Shown here: positions 51,270-56,606 of the stretch, piece after piece
How the letters are laid out: each line of letters begins with the position of its first letter
Position numbering within the stretch: the stretch's first letter is position 1
Assembly: GCA_046727435.1 (NCBI GenBank)
Contig: JBKPCR010000333.1
Span: 1-56,606 of the forward strand
Length of the DNA: 56,606 nt
Reading direction: 5' to 3'
Source: a bacterium
GTDB lineage: Bacteria; Tectomicrobia; Entotheonellia; J063; CAVPRW01
Program-made: the position numbers and the translations under genes
The notes under the pieces: model-generated
The model's input: the letters and a program-made list of their open reading frames with translations, nothing else
The model's database searches: none
What the model was told of the DNA's origin: nothing

Positions 51270-51643
51270 GCGCCCGGCCGCTGGCCATCCCAGCACGTGC
51301 GCTGCAGCAGCACACGCATACCGCGTGTGCGCGTCCTTATAGGCTCCCGTGTTGGTGTCTTTGTCCCGCTTCTTCCCGGTTCGATGGACCGGCGTCACGC
51401 CACCTGGAGGTGGCGGGGATGGTCGTTGAGCAGGCCAAGCGCCTGGTCGAGTCCCGTTACGATGGGGTAATGCTCTGGAGAGCATCACCCAGTGGGCGCG
51501 CGCCTCGAGTGCCGTGGTCCCCTCTCGTGGCAAGGTTTTGTCAGGCGGCGCAGAACGCTTGCTCTCCGCACCGACTGCACGTTCGAGAAACACTGACCCG
51601 CACATCGACCTATCGTGCCGTGCACGGTCTCAGCTCCCCATGG

Positions 51644-52744
51644 TTAGCGGGATGCCCGTCTTGACCTGACCTCGGGACTATTGGAGGAGGCAGAGGTAGG
51701 AGGCCTTCCCTGCAGCCGCTTCAGCTCACCTCGCAGCTGAGCCAGTGCCTCGAGGAGTTCTGTCGAGGCTAATGGCACGCGCTGGGAGGTTCGCGGCACG
51801 AGGCGGATACGCTCGGCATCCTGTGCCTGAGCGGCGTGGCGCATGTGGCTCGGGACCCAGACGCGAAACCGCCGCCGCCTCTTCTGCGACACGCGTACAC
51901 GTCGACTGATGGTGACAGGCGCCAATGCCTCATTCCCAGCTCCTGACAGCGGAGCTGGCGGCAGCGCAGGCAGGATGGGCACCCTGGCGGCGAGCTGGTC
52001 CCGCATTCGCCGTATCGACAGGGTGAGTGCTCGTCGCCGCCGTCGCTCCCGATCGCTCGCACGACGTTGCATCAGGTAACCCATGATAAGCGACGTGACA
52101 CCGACGCTGAAGAATCCCCCCAGCATCAGCGTCAACACGGCTGTGATGGCGCTTTCACCTCTCTCTCCGAGGGCCGGTGAGAGCTCCTCCCATGGCGTCA
52201 CGCCTTCGACCAGACGCTGGATTTCCTGACGAATCCCCGCAAACTCGCGTTCGAATAAGGGGCGATCGGAGACACCCTCCGGCGCCTGGGCCACCGAGCT
52301 AGCCTCTCGGAACGGACGATCTCGGCCTTTCGCCCTGGCTGGCGGGGATGGGTTCGACGCAGGCGCTATTTCCAACCGCCTACGGGCTGCCTGTAGTTCG
52401 CTCTTCAGCAGTAAACGGTTCAGGGTTTGCTCCCCGTAGCTGACCTCCAGTTCGACATCGGTCAGCGAGCGAAGACGGAGTTCGACGACATGCTGCTTGA
52501 CGAATGAGAGGGCATCAGGTGGTTGCCGCACCGTCACCGCGCCGATAGTTGAAGGGCCATGCAGCGGAGTGATGAGAGGAAGACGAAAGATATAAGGAGG
52601 AGAGTGGCTCGGTACTGCTTGCAGTTCACCCAATTCGATGGCCAGCACCTGGGCGGCCCCCCCACAGATGCTTGCCACCACGACCACCGCCAGCGCGATG
52701 GGTGCCATCCCCATCACCACTGCGCTCCTCAGCTCCCAGGTCAT
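51644..52744 (-). CDS. Hypothetical bitopic membrane protein with a highly basic C-terminal half
   Basis: Signal/anchor (APIALAVVVVASICGGAAQVLA), a central TM helix (ITAVLTLMLGGFFSVGVTSLIMGYL), then Arg-rich tracts (RERRRRRA, QKRRRRFR). ATG 52744 has GGGAG 7 nt upstream (the track start is GTG 52750). Confidence 0.6.
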   Translation of the reverse strand: MTWELRSAVVMGMAPIALAVVVVASICGGAAQVLAIELGELQAVPSHSPPYIFRLPLITPLHGPSTIGAVTVRQPPDALSFVKQHVVELRLRSLTDVELEVSYGEQTLNRLLLKSELQAARRRLEIAPASNPSPPARAKGRDRPFREASSVAQAPEGVSDRPLFEREFAGIRQEIQRLVEGVTPWEELSPALGERGESAITAVLTLMLGGFFSVGVTSLIMGYLMQRRASDRERRRRRALTLSIRRMRDQLAARVPILPALPPAPLSGAGNEALAPVTISRRVRVSQKRRRRFRVWVPSHMRHAAQAQDAERIRLVPRTSQRVPLASTELLEALAQLRGELKRLQGRPPTSASSNSPEVRSRRASR

Positions 52745-52773
52745 AGACACGCTCCCAGATGGATCGCATCCGC

Positions 52774-52802
52774 TTGCAAACCGACCTGTACGGTGCTATG
52801 AC
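52774..52802 (+). promoter_or_regulatory. Candidate sigma70 promoter of murD
   Basis: TTGCAA (52774-52779), 17-nt spacer, TATGAC (52797-52802). Confidence 0.4.
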
Positions 52803-52930
52803 TAATGGCCATGCACTGAAGACTATGAGGCGACCGACCAATGGGGAAAACCACCGCTACCCTATCATAGGCCGCTGCTTCTGTCAACCGTCATCATTCC
52901 TCCAGATGGCCGATGGGAGAGCTGCACCAC

Positions 52931-54325
52931 ATGGACGCGACGACGTTCGCCGACAAGCGCATTACGATCATGGGGCTGGGATTTTTCGGGGGCACGATCG
53001 GTTTGGCGAGGTATCTGGTGGCGCAGGGGGCGCAGGTGACGGTCACCGATCTCAAACCAGCCGCCGAGCTGCAGGACTCTGTAGCGGCCCTGCACGGGCT
53101 CCCGGTGCGGTTTGTATTGGGAAGGCACGAGCTCGCGGACTTTACGGACGTCGACCTGGTGTTTGCGAGCCCTGCCGTGCGCGAGGACTCCTCCTATCTC
53201 ATCGCCGCCCACGCACGCGGTGTGCCGATCGATACCGAGATGAACCTGTTCATGCGGCTCTGTCGTGGCTCCGTCATTGGGGTGACCGGGAGCAATGGCA
53301 AAACGACCACGACCAGTCTGCTTGGCGCGATTCTGTGGATGGTGAACCCACGGACGCAGGTGGGGGGGAATATCGGTCGATCCCTCCTTCCTGAGGTGGC
53401 GGCCATCGAGCCGGGTGATCCGGTGGTCTTGGAGCTTTCCAGCTTTCAGCTCGCGGCTCTCGCCGCGGTTGGACGGAGCCCACATATCAGCCTCTTCCTC
53501 AACCTCTCTCCCAATCATCTCGATCGTCACGGCAATATGGAGTCCTATCTGGCGGCGAAGATGCAGATCTTTGCCTATCAACGACCTGATGATGTCGCCA
53601 TCCTCAACGCCGATGATCCGCGCTTGCACCCCCTCGTCGGCCGGCTGCGCAGTCAGGTGCGCGTGTTCAGTGGCGCGCATGTGGTCGAGGATGGGGCCTA
53701 TGTCGACGGCGATCGTCTCGTCGTCGCCCACTCAGGAATGGCGGTGGAGGTTTGTCGTCTGGGGGACATCCCGCTGCTCGGGCGGCATAATGTCGCCAAT
53801 GTTCTGGCCGCGGTGGCGGCAGCCGATGCCTGGGGAGTTTCAGCAGCGGTGATGCGAGCCGCAATCCGCGCCTTCCCCGGCGTGGAACATCGGCTTGAAC
53901 ACGTGCGTGCGCTCCATGGCGTCAGTTTTTACAACGACTCAATCGCCACCACGCCCACTGGCACCCTGGCCGCCCTGACGGCGATTCAACAGCCCATCTG
54001 GCTCATCGCCGGGGGGTACGATAAGGGCCTTCCCTTGCAAGCCCTGGGGGAGACCATCGTGCAACGCGTCAAAGGGGTGTTTTTGATCGGGACGACCGCG
54101 CCGCAGATCGCCCAGGCCATCGCCCAGGCCCGTCCGCCGGGGAGGGACGTGCCGGCCATACGCATGTGCGGTGATTTACGCGAGGCGGTGCAGGCAGCAT
54201 TCGGCGCCGCATGCCCCGGAGAGGCGGTGCTGTTGTCGCCAGCCTGCGCCAGCTACGATCAGTTTCGCAACTTCGTCGAGCGTGGTCGCCTGTTCAAGCA
54301 GCTCGTGTACGCGTTAGAGACCTGA
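52931..54325 (+). CDS. murD: UDP-N-acetylmuramoyl-L-alanine--D-glutamate ligase (MurD family)
   Basis: N-terminal Rossmann IMGLGFFGG, P-loop GVTGSNGKTTT, SSFQL, NHLDRHG, GVEHRLE, and the C-terminal LLSPACASYDQFRNFVERG. ATG 52931 has GGGAGAG 9 nt upstream. ATG 52913 is the alternative start. Confidence 0.88.
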   Translation: MDATTFADKRITIMGLGFFGGTIGLARYLVAQGAQVTVTDLKPAAELQDSVAALHGLPVRFVLGRHELADFTDVDLVFASPAVREDSSYLIAAHARGVPIDTEMNLFMRLCRGSVIGVTGSNGKTTTTSLLGAILWMVNPRTQVGGNIGRSLLPEVAAIEPGDPVVLELSSFQLAALAAVGRSPHISLFLNLSPNHLDRHGNMESYLAAKMQIFAYQRPDDVAILNADDPRLHPLVGRLRSQVRVFSGAHVVEDGAYVDGDRLVVAHSGMAVEVCRLGDIPLLGRHNVANVLAAVAAADAWGVSAAVMRAAIRAFPGVEHRLEHVRALHGVSFYNDSIATTPTGTLAALTAIQQPIWLIAGGYDKGLPLQALGETIVQRVKGVFLIGTTAPQIAQAIAQARPPGRDVPAIRMCGDLREAVQAAFGAACPGEAVLLSPACASYDQFRNFVERGRLFKQLVYALET

Positions 54326-54394
54326 CGCCTCCCGTCACCCGGTGGCTGCGGCCGTGGCTCCGTGCACACCGCCGATGACCGCGCCGAAAGTGGC

Positions 54395-54423
54395 TTGCAA
54401 TCGCCGCGGGGGTTGCGTATAGT
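54395..54423 (+). promoter_or_regulatory. Candidate sigma70 promoter of the lipoprotein gene
   Basis: TTGCAA (54395-54400), 17-nt spacer, TATAGT (54418-54423). Confidence 0.5.
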
Positions 54424-54482
54424 AGGGCACCTGAGGGTGGCACGACCCCTTCACATCGCAACCTGCTCAGGGCCAGAAATCT

Positions 54483-54935
54483 ATGCAACTGCGTAAGAGT
54501 GGCTTCCCACAAGGGGTTCGGCAGGGGATCGTCGCGGCGTTGCTGGTGCTGGCGGTGGGTGGGTGTTCCTACAAGCCGGGCTATCTCAAGGGTGTGAGCA
54601 CCGAAGTCCCCCAGCGCTGGAAGGTCGAGAAGATGGCGCCAGCACGGCTCTCGACGGACCAACGGACCACCCTGGAGGATCGTGGACCGCCAACGTATGT
54701 GCGGTTCTTTCGCGAGGTCGAGACCCGCCATCCGGTCTATGCCTGGATCTACACCGACACAGGGGAGGCTGTCGATGTAGTCTGGTTCGTCGACGGCAAA
54801 CGTGTGGAGAACATCGCCGTCGATAGCGATCCCTCAGCCTTCAGTTCGACCACCCGTCGCCGCACCCGCATCGCCTTGCTGGTCGGCACGGGCGCGGCCA
54901 TCCTTCCTGTTGTGCTGCTGCTCGCCAATCGTTGA
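54483..54935 (+). CDS. Hypothetical lipoprotein with a C-terminal TM helix
   Basis: Lipobox LAVGGC after a basic N-region. C-terminal hydrophobic segment IALLVGTGAAILPVVLLLA. Confidence 0.65.
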   Translation: MQLRKSGFPQGVRQGIVAALLVLAVGGCSYKPGYLKGVSTEVPQRWKVEKMAPARLSTDQRTTLEDRGPPTYVRFFREVETRHPVYAWIYTDTGEAVDVVWFVDGKRVENIAVDSDPSAFSSTTRRRTRIALLVGTGAAILPVVLLLANR

Positions 54936-54983
54936 GCCCTCGTAGCGGTCGGGACCACTGGCTGAGCGTGCTGGCGCCGGCTC

Positions 54984-56342
54984 TCAGCCTACAAGCTCGC
55001 GCAGCTTCTCCACCAGCCTCTCGATACTGACGCGCTCTTGGGCCATCGAATCGCGTTCGCGCAGCGTCACGGTGTTATCGACGAGGGTGTCCGAATCGAC
55101 CGTGACGCCGTACGGTGTGCCGATCTCATCCTGCCGTCGGTAGCGCCGGCCGATCGCCCCGGATTCATCATAGAAGACCTTGAAATGCGGCCGTAGCATG
55201 GCCGTCACGCGTTGGGCGATCTCCGGCATGCGATCGCGTTTGACCAAGGGGAAAATGGCGACTTTGATCGGGGCCAGCCTGGGGGAGAGGTGCAAGACCA
55301 CGCGCTCTGGTTCCTCGCCGTAGGCATCGACCAGGCAGGTCAATAAGGTGCGGTCGACCCCGGCAGAGGTCTCGATGATATATGGGACGAAACGCTCCCG
55401 CGTCGCTTCATCGAAGTATGACAAGTCCTTGCCACTGCATTGCTGATGCTGGGTGAGGTCGAAGTCGCCACGATGGTGAATGCCCTCCAGTTCACGCCAG
55501 CCAAATGGATACCGGTACTCCAGATCGAAGGCGGCGCGCGCATAGTGCGCCAGCTCTTGCGGGCTGTGCTGATGAAACCGCAGATGCTGCGGTCTGATGC
55601 CCAGGCTGAGATACCAATTGAAGCGTGCTTCCCGCCAATGCTCGAACCACTCCATGGCGGTGTCGGGTTTGACGAAGAACTGCATCTCCATCTGCTCGAA
55701 CTCACGGGAGCGAAAGATGAAGTTGCCGGGGGAGATTTCATTGCGGAAGGCTTTGCCGACCTGGGCGATGCCGAAGGGGATCTTCTGGCGCGATGGCTGC
55801 AGCACATTACGAAAATTGACGTAGATCCCCTGCGCGGTTTCAGGCCGCAGGTAGATGCGTGCCCCCTCTTCCTCCACGGGGCCCATGTAGGTTTGAAACA
55901 TTAGATTGAACAGCCGCGGTTCGGTCAGCTCTCCTGGACATCCCGCCGTGCCAGGGGCGACGCTCGGCTTGCGCGGACAGCTCGCCTCTCCCACCTGATC
56001 GGTGCGAAACCGCTGCTTACAGAGTTTGCAATCCACCATCGGATCGCTGAACCCGGCGACGTGGCCAGAAGCCTCCCACACCCGTGGGTGCATCAGAATG
56101 GCGGCGTCGAGCCCCTCGATGTCATCGCGGTGCCAGGTCATGCTCCGCCACCAGCACGCCTTGATATTGTTCTTCAACTCGACGCCGAGCGGCCCATAGT
56201 CCCAGCAACTGTTAATGCCCCCGTAGATCTCGCTGGATGGGAAAATGAAGCCACGACGCTTGCAGAGCGCCACAAGCTTGTCCATCACGTCGCTACGCTC
56301 GAATGCGTTGGCTGGCTGCGCCTCGTGTTCCTCGGAATGCAC
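54984..56342 (-). CDS. glyQS: Glycine--tRNA ligase (homodimeric GlyQS type)
   Basis: RRGFIFPSSEIYGG, FRNEISPGNFIFRSREFEQMEMQFF (class-II motif 2), and a C-terminal anticodon-binding domain. GTG 56342 has GGAGAGGG upstream. Confidence 0.96.
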   Translation of the reverse strand: MHSEEHEAQPANAFERSDVMDKLVALCKRRGFIFPSSEIYGGINSCWDYGPLGVELKNNIKACWWRSMTWHRDDIEGLDAAILMHPRVWEASGHVAGFSDPMVDCKLCKQRFRTDQVGEASCPRKPSVAPGTAGCPGELTEPRLFNLMFQTYMGPVEEEGARIYLRPETAQGIYVNFRNVLQPSRQKIPFGIAQVGKAFRNEISPGNFIFRSREFEQMEMQFFVKPDTAMEWFEHWREARFNWYLSLGIRPQHLRFHQHSPQELAHYARAAFDLEYRYPFGWRELEGIHHRGDFDLTQHQQCSGKDLSYFDEATRERFVPYIIETSAGVDRTLLTCLVDAYGEEPERVVLHLSPRLAPIKVAIFPLVKRDRMPEIAQRVTAMLRPHFKVFYDESGAIGRRYRRQDEIGTPYGVTVDSDTLVDNTVTLRERDSMAQERVSIERLVEKLRELVG

Positions 56343-56430
56343 GCCCTCTCCTTTATGCTGTTCGCCCGGGCAGGTCCCTGACCTGTCGGCCGTTGATGAC
56401 CGCGTCCTGCCGCAGCGGTTCCTGGCATCA

Positions 56431-56459
56431 AATGTAAGCCTTCAGCTGGGCATAATCAA
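56431..56459 (-). promoter_or_regulatory. Possible promoter of glyQS
   Basis: On the minus strand: TTGATT (56459..56454), 17-nt spacer, TACATT (56436..56431). Confidence 0.3.
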
Positions 56460-56468
56460 TAGCTTGGG

Positions 56469-56606
56469 TTAGAGCGTTTGTGGCTTCACGCTCTGCTGCT
56501 GTACCGACTGGGCCATCAGGCCGAAGCCCAACGCTGACACCACCACGGCCATGCCGGGAAATAAGACGATCGCCGGGTTCACATGCAGATACGGCAGATT
56601 GGCCTT
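56469..56606 (-). CDS. 3' end of a probable ABC-transporter permease (partial; the gene continues beyond the window)
   Basis: My own translation of the minus strand gives KANLPYLHVNPAIVLFPGMAVVVSALGFGLMAQSVQQQSVKPQTL*. This resembles the last TM helix and tail of DppC/OppC-type permeases. It is too short to appear in the ORF track. Confidence 0.4.
   Translation of the reverse strand, partial: KANLPYLHVNPAIVLFPGMAVVVSALGFGLMAQSVQQQSVKPQTL

Noticed and set aside
51376-51395. tRNA-like T-arm string CCGGTTCGATGGACCGG.
   Set aside because: The loop is 9 nt rather than 7. No acceptor, D or anticodon arms can be built around it. No other GGTTCGA/GGTTCAA T-loop context exists in any intergenic region, so no tRNA is called in the window.
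1-56606. CRISPR arrays, insertion sequences, integrons, prophage or toxin-antitoxin/defence cassettes.
   Set aside because: There are no spaced direct-repeat arrays and no transposase or phage-like ORFs. The only integrase-family gene is the housekeeping xerD, which has no flanking att-like repeats. No compositional islands exist other than the 116-bp AT tract. The window reads as conserved core chromosome.

Overview
This is a 56.6-kb, high-GC (by eye about 60%) chromosomal segment from a diderm, LPS-making bacterium. It is almost entirely core housekeeping genes, with short intergenic gaps and recognisable TTGACA-type sigma70 promoters. Gene order: two tandem family-5 ABC substrate-binding paralogues (-); small hypothetical; leuS-lptE-holA; rpsT (-); xerD-glnD; ybeZ(phoH-like)-pgpH-ybeY; lapA-lapB-mutS; SDR sugar epimerase; DUF4390-ntrY-[NtrX-like response regulator fused in frame to LpxC]-lolA-rseP-proS; rimP-nusA-ylxR/L7Ae-infB-DUF503-rbfA-truB-rpsO-pnp; thioredoxin-like; FmdB zinc ribbon (-); ftsK (-); exported DUF151-nuclease/PDZ protein; hypothetical (-); class-I aminotransferase; REC-GGDEF cyclase; LysM-M23 peptidase; HU; basic-tailed membrane hypothetical (-); murD; lipoprotein; glyQS (-); 3' end of an ABC permease (-). 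I found no rRNA, tRNA, CRISPR array, transposase, prophage or defence-island signature, so this is a core region, not an accessory one. The one clearly unusual object is the uninterrupted ORF 25840/25867-28074. It joins a complete receiver + degenerate AAA+ + Fis-HTH response regulator to a full-length, apparently catalytically intact LpxC, the committed step of lipid A synthesis. It sits inside a co-directional DUF4390-NtrY-RR::LpxC-LolA-RseP block, with lapA-lapB 7 kb upstream. Lesser oddities: a 116-bp island of about 24% GC after pnp, a heptamer/17-mer repeat array between mutS and the epimerase, a signal-peptide-bearing DUF151 nuclease fused to PDZ, a YlxR-L7Ae fusion, a probable CTG start for lptE, a stand-alone murD with an altered DSKATN motif, and a 450-bp unassigned hairpin-rich gap. 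All calls rest on motif recognition by eye; no database search or folding program was available.
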